From Chitinivibrionales bacterium (GTDB lineage: Bacteria > Fibrobacterota > Chitinivibrionia > Chitinivibrionales > JANQEN01), in assembly GCA_028278335.1 (NCBI GenBank), contig JANQEN010000192.1:30881-94880 (forward strand): a stretch of DNA of 64,000 bases, read 5' to 3'. Shown in pieces: positions 10,266-19,406 of this stretch. A program made the translations under genes and the position numbers. The notes under the pieces were generated by a model. That model was not told the DNA's origin. It was given only the letters and a program-made list of their open reading frames with translations, and made no database searches. Within the stretch, counting starts at the first letter, position 1. The number at the start of each line of letters is the position of its first letter.

Positions 10266-10859
10266 CTACTTTTTGTCTTTTATTGGTTCTTTGTTTGCTT
10301 TAACAGGGATTTCAAAGACCTTCTCATCTACCTTCTCTTTTCCCTCTTCTTTTTTAGCAGCTGCCTCTGGAGCGATCCCCTTTGTCAGCTCGTTTTGAAT
10401 CTGCTGAGCGGCACTTGCTTGAGCTTTTTGCGCTTCTTCAATCAGCTTACGTTGTGCTTCCTCAACCTTTGCACGATATTCGGCTTCAGCCTTGGCTCTT
10501 TGCGCAGCTTCCGCAAGGACCTTCTGCGCAGCCTCAACAACACCCCGTTGTGTTGATTCGGCCTTTTTGCGATATTCAATTTCGGCGATTGCTTTTCTGT
10601 AAAGCTCTTTTGAGGAACTAATAGACTCATTCTCAAAGGTAATCATTGACTTCATCAGAGTGAGTAAATCACTTTCAAAACGATTGACTTCTGTGTTGAG
10701 CACTGTTTTTCCATCCATTATTTCCTTCTCTTTTTTTTCCAGGTCAACACGCTTTTTTTGAATACCCTCAAAGGTATCCTCAAGCTTCTTCAGTTTATCT
10801 GAAAAATCTTTGGTCTTAGTGGAAATGTTGTCAAATAGTTCAAAGGTATCGTTTTGCAT
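10266..10859 (-). CDS. Hypothetical coiled-coil protein (paralog 1)
   Basis: GAGGAG SD before ATG at 10859; heptad-rich; Ala/Glu/Lys/Gln-rich C-terminal half. Confidence 0.75.
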   Translation of the reverse strand: MQNDTFELFDNISTKTKDFSDKLKKLEDTFEGIQKKRVDLEKKEKEIMDGKTVLNTEVNRFESDLLTLMKSMITFENESISSSKELYRKAIAEIEYRKKAESTQRGVVEAAQKVLAEAAQRAKAEAEYRAKVEEAQRKLIEEAQKAQASAAQQIQNELTKGIAPEAAAKKEEGKEKVDEKVFEIPVKANKEPIKDKK

Positions 10860-10960
10860 AGTCACTCCTCAGAAGAGTTGGTATTAATAAAAGTTTTATT
10901 TTCCCATATTTAGATCAAAAATATAATTATTTAAAATCTGCCTGTCTATGAATTGGGTGT

Positions 10961-11659
10961 TTAAAGGTCAAAGAGAAAAATCTCTTCACCCTTTTGAGCT
11001 TCAACCTCAACCGGTTTTTCAGGGCTCTTTTTCTCTGATTTCGCTTGGATGGGTTCCTTTGGTAAAAAGGTATCAACATCCGTAATTAAGTTGGTTTCTT
11101 CATGAACATCATCAAGATCAATTATTGCCTCTTTTTTCGGCTTTTTCTTAGGTTTAGGTGCAGGTTTTGGCTCTTTTGGCAAAGAGACGTCAAACTCGGC
11201 GACCTCCTGTTTTGGCTTAGGCTCAACTGAATCGATCGCAATGACACTGGTCTTGGGCTTCTTACCCTTCTGTTGTTTATCCTGAATGATTTTATCTACC
11301 ACATTTGAATCGCTCATCTCCTGAATTTGTGGTATACTGATTTTCATTGTTTCCTTGGTGTCTGGATTTTCTGCTTTAGCTAACTCATCGGATAGGGAGG
11401 TGAGCTTTTTTTCATATTTTTTGTTTTCTTCAGATATTTTTTTGTAGAGAATCGCCAGCTTCGAAATGGTGTCTTGCTGAAAACTGTTCAGGGATTTGGC
11501 AAGATAGAATATCTCTTTTTCAAGAGCCTTCTCTTTTAAAGTAAGATCCGATTTTGTTTGATTTAGTGATGATTGTGTTGCTTGGAGTCGATCGATTTGC
11601 TCTGAAAAACCTGCTGCCTGTTCAAGGATGCTGTCTAAGGTAAATTCTTTTTTCTTCAT
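10961..11659 (-). CDS. Hypothetical protein with coiled coil and Pro/Lys-rich disordered tail (paralog 2)
   Basis: AAGGAG SD; N-terminal ~60 aa align with the neighbouring 10266-10859 protein. Confidence 0.75.
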   Translation of the reverse strand: MKKKEFTLDSILEQAAGFSEQIDRLQATQSSLNQTKSDLTLKEKALEKEIFYLAKSLNSFQQDTISKLAILYKKISEENKKYEKKLTSLSDELAKAENPDTKETMKISIPQIQEMSDSNVVDKIIQDKQQKGKKPKTSVIAIDSVEPKPKQEVAEFDVSLPKEPKPAPKPKKKPKKEAIIDLDDVHEETNLITDVDTFLPKEPIQAKSEKKSPEKPVEVEAQKGEEIFLFDL

Positions 11660-11936
11660 GCGCTATCTCCTTGCATTGTTCCACTATTCCCTTTTTAAGA
11701 CCCCTGTGAGCTGATGAATTCCTGAACGCCTCCAGGTTTCATGTGCCTCACCTATAGTCTATACGCTTTAGGTTAGATCAACAACGTTTCAAATTTGCGT
11801 ATTTTCACAGAAAACGTGATTAATCTTTCCTTCATATAAACATAAAGGATTTAAACTAATTAGGCAAATTTTTTTCGTTATTTGCTATTTTGCAGTATAT
11901 ATAATGAATAGCAAACATTTTAAAGGAGATGTGCTA

Positions 11937-12452
11937 GTGAAGGCTTTAATTGAAGTGTGTAAAAGTGATATTACCACATTAAAAGTTGATGCTATTGTGA
12001 ATGCTGCCAATTGTTCTCTTTTAGGTGGTGGCGGTGTTGATGGTGCAATTCATCGGGCTGCAGGACCAAAGCTTTTAGAAGAGTGCAAAACTCTTGGTGG
12101 TTGTGAACCTGGCGATGCAAAGATCACTGATGGTTATGCTCTGAGCGCACGATATGTTATTCATGCGGTCGGCCCAATTTGGCAAGGTGGTACCCATGAT
12201 GAAGAGTCTCTTTTAGAACGTGTGTATAAGCGCTCTTTTCAGCTAGCCATAGAGGCAGGTTGTGAATCGATTGCTTTTCCCAATATCAGCACTGGTGTAT
12301 ATGGGTTCCCCAAAAAACAGGCCGCAAAAATCGCAATCGCTACAACTCAAACAATTGTGGAGCAGGTTACCTCTTTGAAAAAAATTTTCTTTACCTGCTT
12401 TGATGAAGAGAATTATGATCTCTATATGAAGCTTCTTTCAAAAGACGACTAG
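11937..12452 (+). CDS. Macro-domain O-acetyl-ADP-ribose deacetylase / ADP-ribose hydrolase (YmdB-like)
   Basis: DIT...[43 protein letters not shown]; GTG at 11937 after AAGGAG. Confidence 0.9.
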   Translation: [171 protein letters not shown]

Positions 12453-12462
12453 TGCTTTCAGG

Positions 12463-15402
12463 TTAAGTTGGAAGGAGAGGTTCTCGCTTGAATGAGCGCC
12501 CATCCTTTTCAGCAGTATCAAAGGCATCGCTGCTCCCAAAAACAGATATGGTATTATTGCTTTCTTTAAGTAAAGCCTCAGCGCGGTTAGCTAACTTCTC
12601 GGCAGTGCATGAAAGAACAGCCTCACGAATCTGTTGACGAATTTCTGGAGTTCGCCCACAAAGACGAGCTAATGTCTCACCAAAACCATAACTATGCGGG
12701 CTATGGGGTTGATCGATTCGGCCAATAGTTCCAATAATACTTTGCTCAACCTCCTCAGGAGTAAGACCCTTTTTGCTATGTTCCAAACCCTTGATAAAGG
12801 TGTCCAAAGTCGATGTGACATTGGGATCCCGGTATGATGCGCAAGAGATAACGGGATGAATTTGGGATATTGATGCCATACCACCATAGGCTCCTCCTTC
12901 AACACGCACCTTATCCCACAGATATCCTGTAGAGAGATCACGAGACAATAGGAGCAGCTCTCCCATGGTGTCTGGTGTTACCTGATCAACAAGCCATGTT
13001 TGGGCTACATAATTAACCGAGGAGTTTATCTCAATGCCCACAGGCTCTAAAGACTCCGAAAGAGTAACGACGACTGGGTCAGAAGAGTCAATACCTTCAG
13101 GTGTATGAGCCAAAATTCGTGCGAGCTCATTTTTATAGTGACTTGGGTTTTCACAGGTCATTGAAAAGAGACAGCGATTTTTACTCACAACCAGAGCGTG
13201 TAGTTTATGTATTGCCTCGACTATAGTTGTGTAGTCACCTTTCTGAATAATTGCATTGAGAAAGCGAAGTTGGGAAAGGCCGTCTACAACCTCTTCAACA
13301 TATTTTGATGGAGAGAGGCGGGCTGAAGCATGAGCAATAGCAAAATGGTGCCCACTTCTCAGTACCGATCCATTGAGATCGTTTCGCATTTCCAAGAGGA
13401 TGTCTTGAATGAGTTTTGTATTGTCAAGCTCTGGCTTTGTGAAGAGATCGATAAATATGTCAACCATTTCTCCAAAGCGTTCAGGGAGCGATTTGCCATG
13501 AAAGAATCCTTTGAACACCAGATCATCCTTGGTGCCGAATCGAGTGGCACAAATATCTGATGTGCCAATACCACCGGTGGTCAACGAAATTCTTTTTGCC
13601 ATGGCTTCACTTGATTTTCCTGCGGCACCACACCGGGTGATGAGTTCAGCATAGAGTGGTAGATAGGGTAATAGCTCAGCAGAAATCCCCAGACAATCAA
13701 ATCCAATGTCCAAGTAGACAATACCGGCTGTAAAGATGTCATGCATGTAAAAGGGCGTTGCCTCAATTGACTTGATTTCAATGGGAATTGTTCTACTTTT
13801 GAGCGGCAGGTCTTTCTTGTCAATTTTTGGAAGGGTGGCCAATGCCTCCTTTGATGGCTTAGCGGTTTGTTCCTTTAAAAGCTTTTTGGTCAAGTTGTAG
13901 TAATCGGCTCTCTCTTTTTCTGAAAAATTTTTGCTCAATCGCTGTGCCTGCTCTTCTGACTCTTTTCCCAATGATTCACCAAGCTCAGCAGAAGCTTTGA
14001 CTGTAGCGAGTAATACATGAGTGTTTTCAAGAAAGAGTTTTTTGATCTTCTCGGTAAAGTAAGCTGTTCCCTCTCTCTTTTTTTCTTTTAAAAAACTTAG
14101 CGGTTCTTCAAAGCAAAGATGCGCCAGAGGGTCACCTCCGTAAATCCAGGAGCGAAAAACTCGATCTGAAAGCTTTAAAGAATAGGGAAAGTGAGAGCCA
14201 TCGGTAATTTCACGGAGAGTAAATTCAATTTGTCGAATAGAGCCCTCTAAAAGCTCGGGGTCGAGTCCCTTTTCTACTTCTTTTTTAATTGTGTCAAGAA
14301 TGAGCGTTTGAATAGCTTCTGCATCCTTAGGATCTGATTTACGTAATCCTGCACAGAATAATCCCTGCACTAAGTCTCCTTCAAAGCCGCACATGTCATC
14401 AAGGTCTTCACCAAGCTTGGAATCAATAAGGGCTCTGCGTAAGGGAGAGCTTTCATTATTAAAAAAGTAGTGAGAAAAAATACGTCCGCACAATCCATCA
14501 ATTGGATCAGTCGAGGACTCTAAGAGCCAGGAAAGAATGACGCTGGCAGTTCCATCATCCTCTTTTGAAGAGGGAGCGGTCAGCGTGACCGAACGTGGTT
14601 TATCCCAGGTCTGTTGTGGAGTGATTTCTGAATCAACCACTCCATAGTCATAATGTGTTAAGTAATTTTTATCTAAAAAGGCCAGTGTTTTTTCCGAAGG
14701 AATATTTCCATAGAGAATAATAAAGGCATTTGAGGGGTGGTAATACTTATCATGAAAAGCCTTAAACTGCTCCCAGGTTAAATCGGAAATGTGCTCTGGC
14801 TCTCCACCACTTTCGTAAAAATAGGTAGTATCAGGAAGGAGCTCGGAGAGCGTTTTTCGCGACACATGGCTTCGAAAATCAGAAAAGACACCCTTCATTT
14901 CATTATATACGATACCCTTGAGCGAAACTGGGCCATCCGGTTTTTCCAATTCAAAGTGCCAGCCCTCTTGGGCAAAGGTCATCTCGGAAAGTAAGGGGTT
15001 AAACACGGCATCACAGTATACATCAACAAGATTAAAGTAGTCCTTTTCAACTTGGCTTGCCACCGGATAGATTGTTTTATCAGGATAGGTAATCGCATTG
15101 AGAAAGGTCTGTAAAGAACCTTTGAGCATCTCTTTGAAGGGGTCCTTTAGGGGAAATTTTTTTGAGCCTGCAAGAACAGAGTGTTCCAAAATATGGGGTA
15201 CACCGGTATTATCATAGACCGGGGTGCGAAATCCAATGCAAAAAAGATTGTTCGCATCGTTATTAAAAAGATGAAGAAGCCGTGCTTTGTTTTTTTTATG
15301 GGTAAATAGGGCTGCCTCTGATCGAAGTTCAGGGATTGGCTTAATTTGGTTAACTTTAAAATTGTGTACTGTTGCTCCGACTTCCAACTGTTGGCCTATC
15401 AT
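12463..15402 (-). CDS. M16C insulinase-family Zn peptidase (presequence protease PreP-like)
   Basis: Inverted zinc motif HILEH, FLNAITYPDKT, GIVYNEMKG, RVEGGAYG and SYRDP. Confidence 0.92.
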   Translation of the reverse strand: MIGQQLEVGATVHNFKVNQIKPIPELRSEAALFTHKKNKARLLHLFNNDANNLFCIGFRTPVYDNTGVPHILEHSVLAGSKKFPLKDPFKEMLKGSLQTFLNAITYPDKTIYPVASQVEKDYFNLVDVYCDAVFNPLLSEMTFAQEGWHFELEKPDGPVSLKGIVYNEMKGVFSDFRSHVSRKTLSELLPDTTYFYESGGEPEHISDLTWEQFKAFHDKYYHPSNAFIILYGNIPSEKTLAFLDKNYLTHYDYGVVDSEITPQQTWDKPRSVTLTAPSSKEDDGTASVILSWLLESSTDPIDGLCGRIFSHYFFNNESSPLRRALIDSKLGEDLDDMCGFEGDLVQGLFCAGLRKSDPKDAEAIQTLILDTIKKEVEKGLDPELLEGSIRQIEFTLREITDGSHFPYSLKLSDRVFRSWIYGGDPLAHLCFEEPLSFLKEKKREGTAYFTEKIKKLFLENTHVLLATVKASAELGESLGKESEEQAQRLSKNFSEKERADYYNLTKKLLKEQTAKPSKEALATLPKIDKKDLPLKSRTIPIEIKSIEATPFYMHDIFTAGIVYLDIGFDCLGISAELLPYLPLYAELITRCGAAGKSSEAMAKRISLTTGGIGTSDICATRFGTKDDLVFKGFFHGKSLPERFGEMVDIFIDLFTKPELDNTKLIQDILLEMRNDLNGSVLRSGHHFAIAHASARLSPSKYVEEVVDGLSQLRFLNAIIQKGDYTTIVEAIHKLHALVVSKNRCLFSMTCENPSHYKNELARILAHTPEGIDSSDPVVVTLSESLEPVGIEINSSVNYVAQTWLVDQVTPDTMGELLLLSRDLSTGYLWDKVRVEGGAYGGMASISQIHPVISCASYRDPNVTSTLDTFIKGLEHSKKGLTPEEVEQSIIGTIGRIDQPHSPHSYGFGETLARLCGRTPEIRQQIREAVLSCTAEKLANRAEALLKESNNTISVFGSSDAFDTAEKDGRSFKREPLLPT

Positions 15403-15774
15403 TTTGTGTCCTTTTGCTAATTAATACACCCTTTCCTCTACACATTGGGAAACAGTAAAAATAGTACCTTCAATATAACCAAAGTTAAAAAAATTGATAA
15501 ACCCATTTCATTATCTCAGGTAAAATTATGACTGTTCTCACAACTTTATCCAAGCAATTCCTATGGTTTTTGGTTAATAGGGTAACGAAAATATTCTGCT
15601 CACTTTGCTGATTAGAAAGACTTTCCTAGCTTAGTCTAATTTTGTAAAATAATTGGATAGGTATTGTTCATTTAAACTATATTACATACGTTACACCCAA
15701 AGGGTGTGTGCTGATATATTAAGATGAATTAAATGTAAATCTAACCTCTCATAGATAGGAGCGGAGGAATTTCT

Positions 15775-16656
15775 ATGAAAAAGCTCGTCATACTATTTTT
15801 CTGTTTCACTACTTTTCTTTTTTTGATTGGCTGCGGTGTCAGCAAGAAAACTATAGATAATGCTGAACAGAGAATTAAAAAGTTACAGGAAAAGGGTGTC
15901 CCCGACAGTTCCTTGTCACGTGCTAAAGTGTTTTTATATCAGACCGTAAGTGCTGATGAAGATGGTAATATTGGACTTGCAAGAAAATCAGCAGACTCCA
16001 TGCGTTTTTATGTGGCTAAAGCTGAGGATCAATACAAGCAGGACATGGCTAGATTACAGCCGTGGGTAAAGTCTGAACGTGAAGGATTAATAAGAGAGAT
16101 CTCTGCCTTTTCTGGTTTGCAGAAAAAATATGCTGATAGCGTTGTTGCAGTTATAGATTCCTTTGTTACCCTTAATTGGCTATTACAAGCCGAGGCATAT
16201 ATAACTCAATTAAAAGACTATCTGCCCCAAATCAAATTTAATGAAGAGCGGGCCAATGAAATTAAGCCCCGTTTAATTGGTACATGGACCTGTACCAACG
16301 TCACCAAACACAAACATGACCCATCAGTTAAGGCGATTGAAAAGAAGGTCTTCACCTTTAATAAAGATGGATCAGTGAAGCTGGTTGAGAAAAAGAATGG
16401 AAAGAGTACTCCCTATTTTAAAGAGGATTGGGAATTTCGATCCTTTGGAAAATATGATTGTAAAGGTGATACCATTCATCTTTTTATAGATCGATTTAAG
16501 ATTGCCAAGCATAATTTCTGGGACAAGAAAAAGGTCGATGGTAAGGTCAAGTGGGTAAAGAATCCCAACGAAGAGACCTACGACTCGACAATCACAGATA
16601 ATAGCCAAGACCGCTATATTATTTTTGAAGATCTACGAACCGACTTTGTTCGTTAG
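15775..16656 (+). CDS. Hypothetical lipoprotein (helical N-half, beta-barrel-like C-half)
   Basis: Lipobox LIGC; GGAGG SD; followed by a terminator; lipocalin-like LIGTW start of the C-domain. Confidence 0.75.
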   Translation: MKKLVILFFCFTTFLFLIGCGVSKKTIDNAEQRIKKLQEKGVPDSSLSRAKVFLYQTVSADEDGNIGLARKSADSMRFYVAKAEDQYKQDMARLQPWVKSEREGLIREISAFSGLQKKYADSVVAVIDSFVTLNWLLQAEAYITQLKDYLPQIKFNEERANEIKPRLIGTWTCTNVTKHKHDPSVKAIEKKVFTFNKDGSVKLVEKKNGKSTPYFKEDWEFRSFGKYDCKGDTIHLFIDRFKIAKHNFWDKKKVDGKVKWVKNPNEETYDSTITDNSQDRYIIFEDLRTDFVR

Positions 16657-16682
16657 TACATATTAAAATCAAAGTTATCTGT

Positions 16683-16715
16683 AAAGGCTGCCTTATATTG
16701 GGCAGCCTTTTTTTT
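16683..16715. terminator. Intrinsic terminator
   Basis: AAAGGCTGCC-ttatattg-GGCAGCC followed by T8. Confidence 0.85.
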
Positions 16716-16876
16716 ACCCAGATTATGCAGTAGGAATAGATGCAGAAGTGCAAGATTATGATTTAGTAAGATTTGAAGGTCTTAATGGGCACAGGGTTAC
16801 AGGCTACTTCCCAAGCGTACATCCGGTCAAAGTCGTGGTGTGCTTCTGAACTGCTTCCTATTGTATAATCTGGGTT
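16716..16876. mobile_element. MITE-like palindromic repeat, family 1 copy B (inverted relative to copy A)
   Basis: ACCCAGATT...AATCTGGGTT termini; its reverse complement aligns to 10014-10181 apart from different internal modules. Confidence 0.75.
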
Positions 16877-17436
16877 TAATATTGGTCCATGACTTCTAAG
16901 GATGAGATGATGGATACATAGACCGAAGAAAAACGGTCAAAAATAGGTGGTGTTGCCCAGAAGGCAATGCGCATGTTATAGGTGTCAATAGTAAAAAAGT
17001 ATTCCACAAATCGATAGCCGAACTTATTATAATTCCAGCGTATCATTGGCGTTCCTTCAACAAGAATATTGACAAGACCGGAATCATTGCTGACCGTTTC
17101 TTTGTTCATGTCCCGATACATCTGTGCATACTCTAGTACTGGCAGATTAAGATTGGCTGCAACTCCCTGGACACCTTGCAGAGCATCAACCGTGGAACCT
17201 ACAAAGAGCAGCTCGATTCCCTGCTTTTGAAATCCTCGAGCCAATCGCTTGACAGCGCGGTCCATATTGTTAGGGTTTGTTACAAGACTCCAGTTGTCCC
17301 TAAAGTTAAGGGAGAATTTCAAGGTGCTATTTTGATAAATACGGTCTTCCGAATAGAATGAGTCAGGATAGAATTGACGAATCTGTTGGCTACAGTTTAC
17401 AAGAAGTAGGCAAGCGCCCAGTATACAATATCGCAT
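16876..17436 (-). CDS. Hypothetical lipoprotein translationally coupled to murA
   Basis: Lipobox LVNC; start overlaps the murA stop (TAATG). Confidence 0.7.
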   Translation of the reverse strand: MRYCILGACLLLVNCSQQIRQFYPDSFYSEDRIYQNSTLKFSLNFRDNWSLVTNPNNMDRAVKRLARGFQKQGIELLFVGSTVDALQGVQGVAANLNLPVLEYAQMYRDMNKETVSNDSGLVNILVEGTPMIRWNYNKFGYRFVEYFFTIDTYNMRIAFWATPPIFDRFSSVYVSIISSLEVMDQY

Positions 17437-18800
17437 TAGCGCTCATCCGAGGGTGGTTGGTACAGATCGCTACTCCGTCGCTGTTTGCGGGATCGAGTTA
17501 TTTGCGCACCTAAGGCAATGAGGCGCTTGTCAATTTCTTCGTATCCACGGTCTATTTGAGCGACATTGTGAATCACACTAGTGCCTTCGGCAGCACAGGC
17601 TGCAATTAACAGGGCCATTCCAGCCCGAATATCTGGCGAACTGATAGCACATCCATACAATTGGGTTGGGCCAACCACCACTGCACGATGCGGGTCACAC
17701 AAAACGATCTGTGCACCCATGCTTATCAATTTGTCAACAAAGAATAGTCGTGATTCAAACATCTTCTCGTGAATTAGGCAGGTCCCCTCTGATTGAGTTG
17801 CTGTCACCACCATTATCGAGGTGAGGTCTGCGGGGAATCCAGGCCAGGGGCTATCTTCGATCCGGGGAATCGCACCACCCAAGTCTTTGCGCACCCGAAG
17901 GGTCTGGTTGTCGGGGATATGGACTGATCGACGATTCTGATCAACCTCGGCGGAAACACCGAGCCGCTCGAATTGAAAGAGAATCATTCGAAGGAAATGG
18001 GTATCAATGTTAGTTATGGTGATGGCTGAGTCTGTTGCTGCAGCAAGGCTAATAAGAGAGCCCGCTTCTATGTAGTCACTCCCAACAGTATGAATAGGCG
18101 AATTAAAGGAGTCTGTTCCATGAATGGTAAGAATATTTGAGCCCACTCCTTCAATAGACACACCGGCCTTTTGTAAAAAAGCACAGAGACCCTGAACATG
18201 GGGCTCTGAGGCAGCATTGGCAATAACCGTGGTGCCCTGTGCACCAGATGCTGCAATGAGTGCATTTTCAGTAGCAGTTACCGATGCTTCATCCAAATAA
18301 ATTTCTGTTCCCCGTAGGCCCTGCGGCGTAGTAAGCGCATAGAGAAAGCCCTCTTCCGAGGAATCTGTTTGGTACCGTTGCTTTTCAATTTCAACTCCCA
18401 TTGCCTGAAAAACATGAAAATGGGTGTCGATACGTCTTCGACCAATGGTATCGCCACCAGGTTGGGGAATGAGTGCTTTGCCTGTGCGGACAAGCAAAGA
18501 GGAGGCAAAGAGGATGGAGCCACGAATCTGTTGGGAAAGCTGGGTGGGTAATAGTGACGTTTCAATGTGATCTGCACAAATAGAAACTGATCCCCCCTCA
18601 AACTCCGAGACAGTTGCCCCTAATGATGATGCAATGCGCAGCATGTCCCGCACATCGCCGATATCAGGAACATTAGTAAATTCAACCGGCGTTTTACAAA
18701 GCAGTGATGCTGCAATGAGTGGTAATGCCTCGTTTTTGTTTCCCGAGACCGCGATATTTCCAGAGAGGCGTTGTCTGCCTTCTACGATAAATGTACTCAT
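17436..18800 (-). CDS. murA: UDP-N-acetylglucosamine 1-carboxyvinyltransferase
   Basis: [38 protein letters not shown] and IDRGYE motifs. Confidence 0.95.
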   Translation of the reverse strand: MSTFIVEGRQRLSGNIAVSGNKNEALPLIAASLLCKTPVEFTNVPDIGDVRDMLRIASSLGATVSEFEGGSVSICADHIETSLLPTQLSQQIRGSILFASSLLVRTGKALIPQPGGDTIGRRRIDTHFHVFQAMGVEIEKQRYQTDSSEEGFLYALTTPQGLRGTEIYLDEASVTATENALIAASGAQGTTVIANAASEPHVQGLCAFLQKAGVSIEGVGSNILTIHGTDSFNSPIHTVGSDYIEAGSLISLAAATDSAITITNIDTHFLRMILFQFERLGVSAEVDQNRRSVHIPDNQTLRVRKDLGGAIPRIEDSPWPGFPADLTSIMVVTATQSEGTCLIHEKMFESRLFFVDKLISMGAQIVLCDPHRAVVVGPTQLYGCAISSPDIRAGMALLIAACAAEGTSVIHNVAQIDRGYEEIDKRLIALGAQITRSRKQRRSSDLYQPPSDER

Positions 18801-19101
18801 TTTGATCCTCTGACAGGAGGTGTCTTAACTAAAAAATCATTTAATTTGATAATTTTTTTACCTAAGGGTAAAATAAATGGTGCGGAAAAACGTATTCTAA
18901 TATTATTTTTTGCGACCCCAATTAATTAAAGGGGTTAGAGGTAACAATATTTTATATCTAATTTTGCTATGTGATGGTTAAAATTAATTCCAAAGAAGAG
19001 CAAAAATTTGCTATAAGTTGTGTTATTCGTATTAAAGGACCACAAGATATGCTAAAAATATTAATAATAACAAAAGGGGAAATTTTATAGTATATTATAT
19101 A

Positions 19102-19107
19102 TATAAT
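19102..19107 (+). promoter_or_regulatory. Putative -10 element of the candidate 6S RNA
   Basis: TATAAT 7 nt upstream of the structured RNA's closing stem; the region is AT-rich, so a chance match is possible. Confidence 0.4.
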
Positions 19108-19113
19108 ACACTT

Positions 19114-19283
19114 AGCTCTGTTCTACTTACACCGGTAAAATTTAACGAATAATTTTATACCGGGAATTCTGCTTCAGATAGTTAGTTAATGCCACCTTTT
19201 GTGGACAACGCCCTATTTGAGAGAAAGACCACCATTCCAAGGAAGTGTTAATGACACTAAGTAAGTAAGAGCAGAGCCTTTTT
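19114..19283 (+). ncRNA. Candidate 6S RNA (ssrS-like), about 165 nt
   Basis: Closing stem GCTCTGTTCTACTTAC / GTAAGTAAGAGCAGAGC plus T-tract; TTAAC/GTTAA pairing flanks an AU-rich central bubble; apical rod TTCTGCTTCAGATAG...CCAC-cttt-tGTGG...CTATTTGAGAGAA. Confidence 0.6.
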
Positions 19284-19406
19284 TATTTCCCCCTTTTGTT
19301 TCCCTCCAATACCTTCATTGTCGTATATTCAAATCTAAAGGTTTAAATTTTATCATTTTTTTCCAATCCAAAATCATGCAGTGGGATTGAATTTCACAAA
19401 CGAACA

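Noticed and set aside
11743-11830. ACGCAAA and CCTAAA motifs on the minus strand hinted at a c-di-GMP-I riboswitch
   Set aside because: The 5' GGCAAA motif and the GNRA-capped P2 stem are missing, and the spacing is wrong.
10014-16876. Conserved arms around a variable centre suggested a CRISPR repeat-spacer or guide-RNA unit
   Set aside because: The copies are dispersed and inverted, the variable parts are hairpins at different positions, and no cas or recombinase gene is nearby.
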